Assembly (NCBI RefSeq): GCF_022539665.2
Contig: NC_081333.1
Location: forward strand, 9,362,001-9,426,000
Direction: 5' to 3'
DNA from: Daphnia carinata
Taxonomy: Eukaryota
DNA length: 64,000 bases
The position numbers and the translations under genes are program-made. Below, in pieces: positions 38,109 through 52,339 of the stretch. The notes under the pieces were generated by a model. The model was given only the letters and a program-made list of their open reading frames with translations, was not told the DNA's origin and ran no database searches. The first letter of the stretch is position 1, and every line of letters starts with the position of its first letter.

Positions 38109-41100
38109 TGGATTGGTTTTCCTTCTTGGGTCTTTCAACGGTTGTGGTCATTAACTTTTCGTGCTAACCCAAAATTCTTCACCACATTCGAACCAAGTTT
38201 TTCTGATATTTTACGGTTCCCTGTGCGAACTGTTCCTGTACAGAATTCATTTATAATTTCTGAAATTAATTTAAATTCCTCACATTGAAATATTCCTGTT
38301 TATTGTTATGATCCCATTGTCCAGCGTACGAGCTACACCTAATATACCAGACCGTTGGCTCGCTTGTGATGGCTTCTTTGGGGAAAGAAACGAAAACAAA
38401 TTCTCATCCCTGAGTGCACCTGGTGACCGTTAGATGGCGTTGGTTACTTAAAAAGTAAAAGATATGGGGAAGGTGAACAACAAAGGACTATTTGCTTGTT
38501 TTCCCTCTAACTGTTCCAAAGCTTTCGTGTTTGTCGTTTTCCAAGAAAAACTGACCTATTTTTCAGGTAGCAGTTAGAGTCGTAACGGTAGTAAGTAAAT
38601 AAGTTTCAAGTAGACCACGAGAGGGAAAACATCTTGGTTTTTGTTACGAATTCATCTGCCACTATCTTTGCTACAGAGCAGTCTCCCCTCACATACATTT
38701 CATTAAATACTATAGAAATATAGATTTAAAAACCGTTAACAAGTGTTGCCAACGACAGTATTAACCATTTTGTATTAATAACAACCTAAAAAAAATGATA
38801 CGCGTGCGATAAACTGCGGTAGGCATGGAAAGGGAGGATTGGAAAGCGACTACTTCGTGGGAGCTTGAAAGTCGACTTGCTAGTTCTCAGCTGATGAAGC
38901 CGAACTAGCTCAGTTGCACTCCATTCGTCGACGCGTTGTGACAGAAGCCTGATGGGGGAAAAGTCTCTTGCAGGATTGAAAATAGATCTATACAGCACGT
39001 GATCGTCCAAGCAGTCGCATAATTAGTCTAATTGAAACTTACCAGAACACGTGAAGCAGTGCTCGTTCGATGGCCGGTCTTTCGTCGAGCAACATTGTGG
39101 CAAACCATCGTTTCCCACTTGACTAGTCTTTCAACAAATATCGACCGCCGGGTTGCATCTAAAGGTGAGTCATCCATACTTTTCTATTTAAATCGAATGA
39201 TAAGATTAGCATACTGTTATGCTGAGGTGTCGAAATGTTTTTCCACCTGTGATATAATTTTGATTGGGATATCGGTTAGATGTCACTTTCTTCCGATTGA
39301 TAAAGTACGAAGGTTAAAGTTTGACGTCTTGGCCATTAGAATGTCATGTTGAAAAGTGATTGGCGTGACCGGTAACATTGAATTTGTTTGTACTAAAACA
39401 GTCGGTATTTCACCATTTTGATTGGAAACTGGTTGAAGGTCTTAGTTCAAGGAAGGTTACTTACGATGACCTTACGACATGTTGCTATTAACCTTTGCTT
39501 GACTTTGATAATGTGGCAATAGACAAAATTTTCACGCCGAAAATATCTTGAATCGATGCCAATTTTTCGCATCCGTTATTCGCCAAACAGTACAAAAGAG
39601 AACACGTATGATTCATTTGCTATTTATATAATTAAGACCCTGGGTTCTTTGTCGTGAAACAACGAAGAAGGAGAAGAAGGGGAAATAAAGGGGTTTGATA
39701 CAAATAGAGAAAGAGAGTCGATTTTATTGCCCCCCTATTTGAAACATCCCCATGAGGAGAGTGGGAGGCGGGAAGGGATGTAAAAAGCAAAAAAGAAAGT
39801 TTGCCAGCGGTCGTTGACCTCCTTGCCGTTTATTGTTGCACGGTCCCGAGTTCGCTCTGCGTGAAAGTGTGCCATTTTTTTTAGGTGACCTTGTGCAAAA
39901 ATTTTTAGCAATTGACATGCAGAAGTCACGTGTTAAGCCAACGTGCCCCGTCCCATTTTCGAATTTTGTTTCGTTTTAAGTACTCGATTTGACATTCCAT
40001 TTCAACAACTTGTGGCCAGACGTTATCTCGGCGTGAGCATAAACAAACGCCAGTTCGAACAGTCGGGAGTTGTTTTTCCGTTCTAGCTTTGGAAAGAATA
40101 TGCAACGCACTAGACAGCACATGGCAACGTAACGTGAAACGAGAAAAACATGCTATCTTTTTATCATCAATCCAAACAGCTGAGATGAAATGAAAACATT
40201 TTTTTTTTTACAGAACCCGGCCGGTCGACACCCTCTTTTTCTTTTCAAGCCTCTTCCTCATTGGTCGTTCCGTTGTGTTATTTATCGAATTCTTATATTT
40301 GTGCATCCCAAAACGAAAGGGAGGTCGTTTTGGAGTGAAAGCTTGACGTGGCCACCGTCTATTCCATTTAAGGACATAGTAGCATGACATTTCTGTTTGT
40401 TCTTGCTGGGTGACATTGAAAGATTTTTTAAAAAAAGAATTTCAGCGCGCTTGACCGATGATTTTCATTCGAAAGGATGTGTGTACCACACTTAACTTTT
40501 CCGTTTTGGGTCCTCAAAATTTCGCACCGTCATGACGAGTCAGACTTGCGAAAAGTTTAGAAAGTCTGTATAGGCCCAATGTCGCCTGTGTTTTTAATAA
40601 ATGCGCATTTGTTTGAGTCAGCTTATCCCTCAGAAAAATCTGCAATGGCCGTCAGAGAATTCGTGAAAAAAATATTAATATATCGGAATCAGTGGCGATA
40701 AAACAGGATTGACTTCAAGGACTTTGGCAAGCTGTTGTTGTTGTTGTTGTCGTAAAATGTTCAATGGACAGTCGGAGAAGGGGGCCAGCCTCGTTTACGG
40801 TGTAGGTGCGACGTAATACTTTCAAGGACGGAATAGCACAAATCTCGTTTTACTCTTGAGAGATTCAAGTTTAATTTTCTGGCCTATATAGCTAATGTTA
40901 TTTGGGTCGTAGAGGGAACTTAAAACGTGGAAAGGAGAATCCCTTCTTTCAAACAACGTGAAGGTGCTTTGTGTCTGGTGGTCTCTGTCGGCCAATCAGA
41001 GACCTGGATAGATATCGTACAATTCATAGAACCATGTCTATAAGACAGAGTGCATGGGGAGACGACTTATGCTCAAGGCCCTTCCGCTAGCAAGCACGTT

Positions 41101-42433
41101 AAAAGCCACACCATACAAATATAAAAGTTGACAACAAGCACATCCCACTCGGTGAGGGAAAAAAACAAGTTCATGAAAATGCCTGTTGATGACCCCGGCT
41201 CAACATTTCCGCACATGTGCTGATCGCATTAGCATGTGAGTTCTATACGTGGCTCTAATAGCATAGAGAAATGTTTTTCTCCCTCTGTTGCCAAGGGTCA
41301 CGTTATGCGAATGAGAATTTCGGATGATTTTCTGTTTTTCGTTCGACCCACTTTCAAAAGAAATTCGCAGACGGCAACCGCCATGACGGAAATAGAATTC
41401 CCGGATGCGTACCCTTGGTATGCCTTTAAAACAATATTGCGTCTCGGGTTATATCATGCTGGTTTAGCCTTAAGATTTGTGTTGCATGGGCGAAATGCCA
41501 AAATTCACCAAAGCCGTAGTAGTGAAAAATGTGGCGGGAAGTGTAAATCGAAGGTTGTCTGGAAAACAGCTTACTACGCATCGGAGGCCCAACAAGATAT
41601 GCAGGTCCGGCGCGTGACATCATCCATTGCGGGGTGGGGAGAGCCCTTAAGTCACGCCCCTCTTAGTGGGGGCTTGTTGGTTTTGGGTCTGCGTTACGAC
41701 TTATTTTTCCATTAGTTGACTTGCAACATTCGCTCTACCTATTCCTCGAGATTCGCGCGCTCCCGATGTCAATTTTCAGTATCGCTTGCCTGCTTGACCT
41801 AGTCTGAATTTGGTACGAATATACTAACCGGTTTTTATCCTGTTAGCCCTATATCGAAAGCAGAAAGTTGCTGGATCATTTATTCTAGCCTTAGTGGGAA
41901 AACTTGGTTTATTGTTTCCACCTAGTTTTCTTATTATGGGAAAGAATAGGGATGCGGATTAATTGTGTTAATTATGTTTTCTAAAAAAAATTGTAGCATT
42001 GTTCATCTAAAAGTGGCATTTGGTGATTTTAGAAACGCCAAGTGAATCAAATTGTAGAGATTCTGTTTAGTTATATTTCTGTCGAGATTGGTTCCGCGGG
42101 AGTAAATCTGTAGAAGGGTGTGTTCTGTACCCTCGGCAGATGATTGAAAAAAATTTTCTAAATATAATTTTGATCATTATCGTTGAAACTACCAGCATAT
42201 CACAATTTAAACGTTAAAAATCGTTTGTCGACGTCCTTGAATATTGGTTTTTAATCAACCTGTTGTGTAATGTTGGCAACGTTGTAGCTCAAGCAGACTA
42301 CATTCTTAAACTAAATGTTTTTAGTTCAAGACAAAGTAGACGAAATGTAGAAGTAAGGAGTTAAAAAAAGACAATGATTGATTTCTTATAATTTTATTTT
42401 GTATGCTAAGGGAACGTTGTTGTTTTTAGAAAA

Positions 42434-45400
42434 ATGGAATACTTATGGAGCATCACACGTAACGTTCGCGAGCTGTATAACGGCATTAATGGCGCTACCC
42501 TCACGGGCGCCATCGACATAGTCATTGTTCAACAAGAAGATGGAACTTTCCTATCATCTCCTTTCCACGTCCGCTTTGGTAAACTTGGAGTACTCCGTAG
42601 CCGGGAAAAGGTAATTAATTGATTGTGGCTACAAGCATTGACTTTCATGAAAATAACTTTTTTTGCGTAATGGTCCCATAAAAACAGGTGGTTGACATTG
42701 AAATTAATGGAAATCCTGTTGATATCCATATGAAATTGGGAGAATCTGGTGAGGCCTTTTTTGTCAGTGAATCACCCATGATCAGCTTAGATGGACAGGC
42801 CTTACCTCCTCATATGGCTACATCACCTATCCCACCATCATTCATAGAAGAAAATAAACTGAGAGGAAACAATGTTCCAGAAATAGTCAGTGAACACACA
42901 GATGATACGTTGATGGGAAAAAGAGATGAAGGAATGCTTGCCAAAACATCTGATGATATTATTTTAGGTATGTTTTTTCAAATGTCATCTTTGTTTTCAA
43001 TGTTTTAAACCAGCAGATTTCTACAACAGGAGAAGACAGTTCTCAAGGAACATTTGAAACTGTCGGAGTCGAAGCTGTGGAACGGGCATTCAAGGCAATC
43101 GACCCTGACCATGATACGGAAGCAGACAATTTGATGCCGGATGATTTCGTAGAGATGACGGAAGAGGAGAGGAAGCGGTGGAAAAAGAAGAATCGCAGGC
43201 GGCGTTCACAGTTACGAAAGAGAATGCAACGTGAGGCCACAAAAACCTCATCTGAATCCGGGACAGAACCCTATCCTAGTGAAATCGAGCCAGAAATGGA
43301 AATCCCACTTGCGGTTGGTTCTAGCTTGAAAGATAGACCTCAGGTAAATTTCGTGTAAATTTTTCGTCGATGATATGTTTCCAATGTGTCCTTCTTCAAT
43401 ATAGGCGAAGCCAGGCCATCGGAAATCGCATAGTTTATCAGGAATCCAGCTCAAGGGGGATCTGGCGCCTCCTGTCGAAAATCCAGTTGACGACTGGGTT
43501 CGCGGTGGAACCATTTCTAGGTCGATAAGTCATGGGTTTCACTTTTTTAGTGACACTGAAATGGAAATCAGGAGTCCCGATGGATCCCGTCCGCCTACAC
43601 CAATCCACTCCGACACGGAGTACGAGGTGAGTAATTTTTTCAAGTTATGCTCTTGGAGCAAACCCTAACTAAACGCAAATTAACACAATAGGTTGGACAT
43701 ATGCGGCCTAAAGCTTCGGAATTGGACGATCCATCTAGAAATTGCCCTCAACAGTCATGGCGCTGGGGCGAGTTGCCAAGCCCACCTGTTCATAATCGAC
43801 CCTCACCACCGAAACCTGTTTCCAAGTCTCCGCCTCATGATGTTTCTCCATCGAATCGAGACAGTGAAACTGGTGCGGTGGCCGTGATCAATAATGATGG
43901 TGCATCCGATGGTACAGATAACAAAATCCGTCAGTCTCAGAGTACGGCAGAAGGTATGGGCAATGTAAAAATCGATTGCTTGCCTGAATCTCATGCCTAT
44001 TTGTTCTTCTATAAATAGCGGAAGCCCAGCGATCGATGTTGGGCATGTTCAGCTTCATGCGTCAAACCAAGAAGCTGCGACATCAAGGGATCGCAGCGGG
44101 GGGAGGCATTTATTTAGATGATCTGAACGTGGACGCACTTGATCCGGAGTTGGCTGCCCTTTACATTACGCAGAATTCTTTCCGTCACGGACTCCCTGAT
44201 CCAGCAGTCTCTAGGTATTAAGTAGGATGTAACCGTTTCGCGCAAAACTATGTAACCTTCAGCGACTAGAACGTGTTTGTTTCGACGTACATTCTCCGAT
44301 TAGCAACCGACCTAGATTCCTTAACTTGTTTTCACCAAACAACACACGAGGCACTAAATAGGGCAGTTGAAGGTTGACACCTTGAACTTTCGCCATTCCA
44401 ATTGTCCCTGCTTGCACTTCATTCTTGAATCGATTGATATAAGTGTCCCAAATGTTTACAAAATGTTGAGGTGACCTAATGTTTTTGTGATTGTTTTGCT
44501 AATCTCCACATATCTTGGCCATATATTTTCCATTCAGCACATATCAGAGCCGGATTTTCACTGACCCAGATCCTTATTACGTTCGCAGATTGCGTGATGA
44601 AGATACGGAATCGGGCAAAGGTGCATCGCTACCACAATCACCGCACAGTTTATCAACGGTTACCTCTGGAGCTATTCGCGGTTCGAGCGGCCCGCGGTCG
44701 GTTGACAGCGATTTTGAAGATTCTCGTCCAGACTACCGCTCCCTTCCTGATGTTGCTCTTTCGCTGTGCGGTCACTTTGGTGACCAGATTGATCCACCCG
44801 AAGAACTCTTCCTCCAGTCACTAGTCACATATGATGATTTTGTCGAGAACCCTCGACTGGTTGAGAATCCTGATCTCCTCGTCAGGATTGGTGGCAAATA
44901 CTACACGTGGACAGCTGCTTGTCCCATCGTCATGAGCTGGGTCCTCTACCAACGATTCTTACCTCAGTCGTCGGTGGATGCCATTGTGCACGAATTTATG
45001 CCTAAGCGGGAGGAAAAGAAAACAGAACCTGAAGCCCCAGCCCGGAAATCTTCATGGTTTCCTTGGAGACGAAGAACCGAAAAAAAGGAAGGTGACGAAA
45101 CAGGCGTTAATACCGCCAGCACTGTGGCCCATTCAGACCCACAGCCTTCTAGTTCCGGCAGTGTCCCGAAAACCATCGAATCGGTTAATAACAAGCCGAA
45201 GAGCAACAATCTACCTGACCGCCAACCATTGGCAGATTTGGCTACTGGAACCTCGTCTGACAATGAAAGCAACGATTCAAATCAGCCGGACAGTGGCAAG
45301 AAACTTCCAATGGAAAGACGACCCTATTACGAAAATGCGGACATCTATTGCAAAACGTTGCGTCTGACAACTGAACAGATTGTAAGTTGAACTTGAGATG

Positions 45401-47174
45401 TTTGATTGTGGTCTGTTATTAACTAATGCGTGTGAATTGTAGAGACATCTAAACCTGCGGGAAGGGCCTAACGAGGCCGTGTTTAGCGTGACAACTGCCT
45501 ATCAAGGCACGACTAGATGTAAATGTCATATCTATCTCTGGCGTTACGACGACAAAGTAGTAATCTCAGATATCGATGGAACTATCACCAAGTACGCTTA
45601 TATTTCTCTTCAATGTTTACTTTGCTTAACCAATTAATGTGTGTTGTTTAGGTCGGATGTCCTTGGACACATCCTACCCATTGTAGGTCAAGATTGGGCT
45701 CAAAGTGGTGTGGCGCAGCTGTTCACCAAAATTAAGAACAATGGCTACCGCATTTTGTACTTGTCAGCTCGTGCAATCGGCCAGGCACACATCACACGCG
45801 AATACTTGCGCTCTGTCCGACAAGGAGATTTATCTCTACCCGATGGACCTCTACTACTCAATCCTACTAGTCTCTTGAGTGCTTTCCATCGGTAAGTTCT
45901 AAAATGAAATTGTACAAAGTCGAATCCTAGTTTATTTTTACCTTTGTTTTGTTTGACGTCGATAGCGAAGTCATTGAGAAGAAACCTGAAGAGTTCAAGA
46001 TTTCCTGCTTGCGTGATATTCAAATGTTATTTCCGCCGCATTCTAATCCCTTCTACGCTGGATACGGCAATCGAGTCAATGTATTTATTACCTTGTTTAA
46101 AAATTTTTTTTGTTTGGGCCGTTTCAGTGTAACTCAAATATGTTTGCAGGATGTGTGGGCGTACCGTGCCGTTGGCATTCCTACCTCAAGAATCTTCACA
46201 ATTAATCCTCGTGGCGAGCTGAAACTGGAGCTGACACAATCCTTCCAATCCTCGTAAGTTCATTTCATATCACTAAATTCGCATGCTTCTGCCATTTTCA
46301 TTTAGCTGCACAGTCCTTGTCATCGTAACTTCCAGTCTTTCTTCAAGCCATCTCCTGCTATGATGTGGGCGCTTTTGATGTTTTTATTTCCCATCGCTGA
46401 ATGGTTCGTTTATTGTCAGGGGTTACATCAAAGTCACTGTTAGGATCAAGATATGGTGTTTTAAAAAATCTTTTATTATTAGTTTTTTGTTATTCTTTTT
46501 TTATGAAAGATTCCACTTGTTTCCCTCTTTGACTTTGTTAGTTACTCTTCTCAATGCCAATTGGTGGATGAGCTATTTCCCGTTTCAAGCGGGCCGGTAA
46601 GACGGACCACGCCCATCGCCATTCCTTCTCATTGGCTCAGACACTGTTAAGAGTAAATAATTAAATTTTCCAATTTAGTGTTTCACGCTTTATCAGCTGA
46701 GCCGATTACGTGCCTACCCCTATCACACATTGCATAATTTCCTGAGTTACCTCATAGCATGCAACGCCCTGTTTCAGTTTATCGCTAATTCATAAATCTC
46801 CTGGTAGAATTAGTACCTCTATCACACGCCAAGACATAACATCAATTAGCTAACTAACGAAATTTGGCTTTAGAGTTGCAAAAAAGCTTTCGCACTGTAG
46901 CCGCACAAGTGATATTACCGTTTTATTGAAGTAACAAAATTATTTTCAAATTTATTTCAGGTACTCAAAGCAGAGTTTCATCGTTGATTTGGTGTTCCCT
47001 CCATTTCTTCATGGTGCTCGCGAAGTTCTAGAAGGTTCCGAATTCAGCGAGTTCACCTACTGGCGCCAACCTGTTCCAGATACGCCCGATGAAACTGAAG
47101 CCGCCAAGTTTATCACCGCTTACCCTGATTCGAACAAACAGCGTCGTTTGGGGATGACGAAAATTGAGCACTAG
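42434..47174 (+). CDS. Lpin: Lipin (phosphatidate phosphatase, HAD family), multi-exon
   Basis: [47 protein letters not shown]; polybasic [41 protein letters not shown]; catalytic DIDGT (45569-45583); [20 protein letters not shown]. Last exon 46961-47174 ends with [10 protein letters not shown]. Confidence 0.96.
46542..46650 (+). CDS. Lpin: Alternative (duplicated) terminal coding exon of lipin
   Basis: The ttag acceptor is phase-matched to the donor at 46254 and gives [36 protein letters not shown], homologous to the distal exon [14 protein letters not shown]. Confidence 0.7.
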
Positions 47175-48212
47175 CATCTTCTATCCCCTCATATTCCCCT
47201 CTCATGTAATTTATGTACAAGTCCGTTTTGGTCCATGGTTATACCTATTCCCTTCGTCTCGAGTCGTCTGTCTCCTGTTTTTTCCCCGTTTTCAGCATAA
47301 GTTTTGTTAATTGAATTGGGATTACGATTTCAAAAGGTCGTTTTGATTGAGTTGGCGTCGAAATAAACGCAGCTGTGCTGTTCAATAGCTCGTGTCGACT
47401 GTGTGATACTTTCTACAAGAGTTGATATCCTGTTTGTTTGGATTTAAAGATTTGTTGGAGATAACTTTTTTTCTGTTTAGACATATTGAATGGTGATTGC
47501 ATAACAACTAAGCACACTCTGTCAAACGTTATTCAGTGGAATGCTCAGCAAAAAATGTTGTCTTAACTGTTTGAATCGACCCTTTCCCAAATCCGGTTCC
47601 TTAACATGTCCCCATTCGGACCAAATGTAAGTGGATGACCTGTGTAACAATAAAAATCAAACAAAATAATAACAATTGCTGCAAGTGCTTAGTCACGGGG
47701 GGGGGGGGTAGGGCGACCCGTTAGATTCTTTCCTTTTTTCGATATGTTAAATAGATAACGGTAAGAGACATAATGCAAAAATAATTGTTGCAGATCACTC
47801 CTTCCCGGTAAAAGAACTGCTTCAATAAGTGGAAAATTCAACACAAAATTCCTTAGAATCGCGTCTCAAGGATTGCGTTTCTGAAACTAAAAAGCCCTGA
47901 AGTAGGGTAGGAATGTTAATAAGGAATGAAGCGTGTTCACTCATCACCTGTGCTGCGTTTTCGTTGCAAAGTTACACAAAAATTTACATATGTTAGCAAT
48001 GATATCAACAAACAACAGTTTATGCGAAATATTTTATCACTGTATTACGTAAATCACTGAATCATGAGAGGCAATGGTGAGATGTCTCGCTAGGTAGAAC
48101 CTGGAGCATATCATCAAACATCACTTTAAGTTACGTTATCCGCACTGACTGAACAACTGTGTAATTCGTTAATTTAAATACCTAACACCCAAAAATTTGA
48201 TCAAATTATCGT

Positions 48213-49204
48213 TCAATCAGGGATGTCATTCTCGTTAAATGTTTGATTCAGTGGAATGTTGGAGTCGGTTCTTCCACCGTCGTTGCGCTCGTACCTAAAC
48301 GGAACCGCCTCTTCCGATGTAAACGGCTCCACCAAATTTTCCTCTTCGACCTCTTCCTCATCTTCTTTGTCGTTGTTGTCCTCCACGCCATCCAAAGACG
48401 AAGAAATTTGCATTTTTCTCTTTGAAGGAGTTCGTTTTCCAGCAAAGCCCCTTCTCGCAATATCTTGACGCCGGATCAAATCGGCCAGATTGTCCCTCAA
48501 CGAAGTCAGTTGCGTGTTGGCTTCCCTTAAAGCAGCTAATGTTTCCTCAACAGCGTTATTCGTTTCATCCTGCGCTTGTTGAGCTTCAACATTGTCTTTT
48601 CTTTCAGCAATTCGATTTTCCCATGCACGGAAAACCATTGCCGTGGCATCATAAACCACCCAAAAGTTAGCAATCAGATAATAATAGCGATTGATTGAGG
48701 TGCTCCCCGTTGAGCCGAAGAGTGAATTAAATGCTTTCATAAATCGATCAACTCCGTCGATATTTGACCTAGCGTTTAGCACATTGGCAACGGCTGTCAT
48801 TACGTCGATGATGCTTTTAAAACCAAGGCCAATGAATGATTCGATGATCCGCATCTCCTCTTGCGTTAGTTTGCGCTCTTGCAATCTTCGATCTAACATG
48901 TTTGCATGATTCTCAATTCCTTTATCCGTTGTATCCGCGACGAAATCTAAATACGAAATTAAGCAGGTTTAAAAATGTAAACAATTCTACTACAATAAGT
49001 AACTAATGCCTTGTCGTTACGACAGCACATGTAGGAGGAAAACGATTAATTTCTACCTTCGAGCACAGTGGAAGCCAGTCTTGGATGCCTGGAGCTCCGT
49101 GGTGAATCAGAAGCAGCATGAGTTGGGTAGATGAAAGAGATCCAAAAGGTTAGGACGAGTACCGTTATAAAATAAAGTGGAGCACGAAACGTTGTCACGG
49201 TCAT
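48213..49204 (-). CDS. Uncharacterised secreted helical-module protein, paralog A (~293 aa; one module + acidic tail)
   Basis: Exons 49204-49057 (signal peptide MTVTTFRAPLYFITVLVLTFWISFIYPTHA) and 48946-48213, joined by a phase-1 GT-AG intron. Module core NFWVVYDATAMVFRAWENRI is shared with three downstream paralogs. Confidence 0.85.
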
Positions 49205-50357
49205 CGCGATGAGGTTGAAACTAACTAATAAAAAAAAACGCACGAAATTATTGACCGATCAACCAGCAAACGCAACAACAAACAACGCCAATGGCAGTAT
49301 TATTAATTCTTATACGTTCGCCCTTGTTGCACGTGACGTTGTTTCTCGGCACAAATGAGCAATGAAACTGAACATCCACGAAGCCTTTTCTGCGTTCTTA
49401 TACCATCAAAGCATTTGGCTAGCTTTTTTTTTTTCATTCTTTCCATTCTTTTTTTTGTACCTTTTTTTTGTCGCTTGCAGCTATGTACCAGCCTGACTGG
49501 GTTCGAATGCACCGTATATATAAGGAAAGGTTCAAATAAATTATTCATGAATCAAATGAAACGCCAAAAATGCTCGTTCAACAACTTTCTGATGAAACCA
49601 GGAAGCAGTCATCTGACGGTTAACCAGTTGGATGTTTATTTAATTTGGCCAAGCCAATAGCCAATGATTGGGGAAGTAGTGATGGTACGTATGTGGTTGT
49701 ATTATCCGTTTTTTTACAATAGACCAGAATACACGGCTGTAGCAGTAGAACAACATGTTATTTAAATTCAATACACTTTCCGAAATACGACACACATTGT
49801 ATTCGGTGTTACGATTTGGATCGATTTTTTTCATGGCCAAGTTGAATGGGTCAACGACAGGTAGTCGGCACGACAGGGGTACTGCGGTCGCATGGGGATT
49901 TTGGTTGTGACACTATGTACTAAAACATTTGTGGTTCCCTTTTGCATATCTTTTATATTTCGGTTTGTTTGACTTACTTACTTGGAAGGCGGTACAGAAA
50001 TAGATGGATAATTGTGCAGAAAATTGTTTTTAGAAAGGACAAAAAACTAAATCGGAAGCCATTCCATCACACACTGATGCCCGAAATCGGCTGATTCGTC
50101 GTTTACAATTGTTCCATTTTATATTTGTATGCACGTCATGTATATAAAAACCCTGTGCAGTTCCAGATTTATCGAATTCCTCTAAACTCGAAACACCTTC
50201 CATTTTTGTAACGCGTCCATCGGTAGTCAATTTTCCTCACTTTCTGAGCCCAGCGGTGATGGGTAGAGTGTTGATGATGTGATGATGTGAAATCTTTTAT
50301 TTTTATGGCCTCTTAAAAAAACATCCTTGTCCTTAGCTATTGATTCCTTAAAAAGCT

Positions 50358-51075
50358 TAAAGTTCACCTTTTTTTTACAAAACCCGGCCTAAAGAATAAG
50401 CCCGACAAAATAAGCCCGACTTTAAAAAAAAAAAACGTTTTTACCTATATGCCCTCATGGAAATCAAGCTCATTTTGATGTAAAATTAATATTTTTGACA
50501 AAAAAATAACAATTTACGTGAAAACTAACATTGTATTGAAATCCATTCAGATTTAGTTATAAAAAGTAAAGTTACATTAATTTGCAAGACTTAAGTTCAA
50601 GTTTTTTTTGAAAAATCCGGCCTAAATAAACAAAATAATTAAAAAAAAAAAAATTTTTTACCTAGATGTACCAAATTTTTAAAAAAATACATGATTTAAT
50701 TCACAGTAAAACAGGACGAAAATCAAACTCATTTTGATGTAAAATTTATATTTTTGAGTTATTCAAATTCAAAGTGGTTGCACTTGACGCATGTTGATTC
50801 CGTTGTTTTATTCAAAAATTAGACAATTTACGTGAAAACTAACATTGTATTGAAATCAGACATTCAGATTTAGTTATAAAAAGTAAAGTTACATTAATTT
50901 GCAAGTAAGTCTTAAGTTCAAGTTTTTTTGAAAAATCCGGCCTAAATAATAAGCCCGACAAAATAAGTCCGACTTTTCTCAAAATATTTTTTTTACCTAG
51001 ATGTACCATGTGAAAATCGAGCTCATGTTGACGTAGGATTTGTAGTTTTTGAGGTATTCAAATTCAAAGTTGTTG
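50358..51075. repeat. Imperfect tandem repeat, ~2.5 units of ~230-320 bp, AT-rich; possibly a non-autonomous TE derivative
   Basis: Units start near 50358, 50590 and 50911 (ttaagttca..ccggcctaaa). The block acaatttacgtgaaaactaacattgtattgaaatc..cattcagatttagttataaaaagtaaagttacattaatttgcaag recurs near 50510 and 50823. The aataagcccgacaaaataag motif recurs near 50395 and 50948. Confidence 0.85.
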
Positions 51076-52339
51076 CGCTAAAAGTTTTGTTCAAGTATGT
51101 GGAGCCATAACAGAAAGGAATTCTTGTTGTGCTGTACGCCTTTCGTTTTAATGTCGCCCTTCTATTTTTTTGCATTGAAGTCATTACCGATTGCCATCAT
51201 TGTATCAGACCAATGGATAAAAAGAATCGTTCTTTTGACAGCTCGTTAGACGGCCTGCAGTATGGACTATAGGAAGTGGGAGCTGTTTTAAACAGGATTG
51301 ACTAAAAAGAAATGTGCAGATAAGATTTGATTGAAAACCTGATGCGTGGGAAATCTCCACTAATTGGAAGCAGGGGTTCGTTTGCTTGCCAAATTGTCAT
51401 TGAGAAGGAAAATTGCAACCAGATGATAGAGACAATGAATATCATGACAGTAGGAAAACTTCCTTCTTGTAGAAAATTTTTTTCGCACCAGGAAATTCAA
51501 ACCAGCTTATGACGGCATACGGCTGATAATTTTGGCTTCATTTCACACGCATTGAAAGATAACAAACGAAGTTCTAAGTTGTGTTTAGCGTGGCAGCATG
51601 CCAAGCGTTATAGTATTTCTTAAGGTAATGGGCATTCAAAATAAAGTGCGTGATTACATGGTATTCACGCTCCATCAAAAGCTATTTTTAATGCGGTAAT
51701 GAAAAAAAATTCTAGAAGAATAGGCGGCCACGCACCACTAAAGGCAATACCAAACGGATACACTTTCCCATTTTCAAAAGTGATGAGTATTATTTCAATG
51801 GGATTGCAAAATGAGTCTTTAACCGTAGACTACAAGAGAGAAAGGACATCGTAAAGCATTCTTTATGCGAGACTACGCCCAAAGTCAGCTGGCCGTACTG
51901 ATTCACGATTTCACGGCCGCCTTTTTTGAACGCAGGAAGTGTTCACCGGCTATGGCCGTAAGGTAGTAATCGAAGTGAATAACAAACAACGTATAAAGTT
52001 AGCTTTACGTGTGGCTAATATTAGATTCTCTTCTCCTCTATCCTTGAATCAAAGGCTGGAATTTTGCTCCAGCGAATGTATTTTGCTAAATAATATATGG
52101 CTTTTATAGTGCTCTTGTTCTACCAAAGTATAAGACTAGTTTCAGTATTAACATGAACAGTGACCATAACAAATTCACTTGACATTAGAAGAACTCTCAG
52201 CGTTTCTTTGTTTATATTTTATAAAATCTTCATAGACATTCGCTATATATTTACATACTAGAATATGAAACATCACAATTAGCTGAGACTCAAAAATACA
52301 TTCATTTTTAATTGTATTTGGTTGGTGATTTAGTTGAAG

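Noticed and set aside
41236..41715. 159-aa ORF upstream of lipin with a good Kozak ATG (MTEIEFPD...) as a possible alternative first exon
   Set aside because: Its candidate donors are phase 0, whereas the acceptors before the lipin ATG need phase 1 or 2; no homology recognised.
49495..49515. GGTTCGAAT B-box-like motif suggesting a tRNA
   Set aside because: No cloverleaf, A-box or acceptor stem can be built around it.
50358..51075. CRISPR-like appearance of recurring short motifs
   Set aside because: Eukaryotic context, no constant repeat/unique spacer periodicity and no cas genes.
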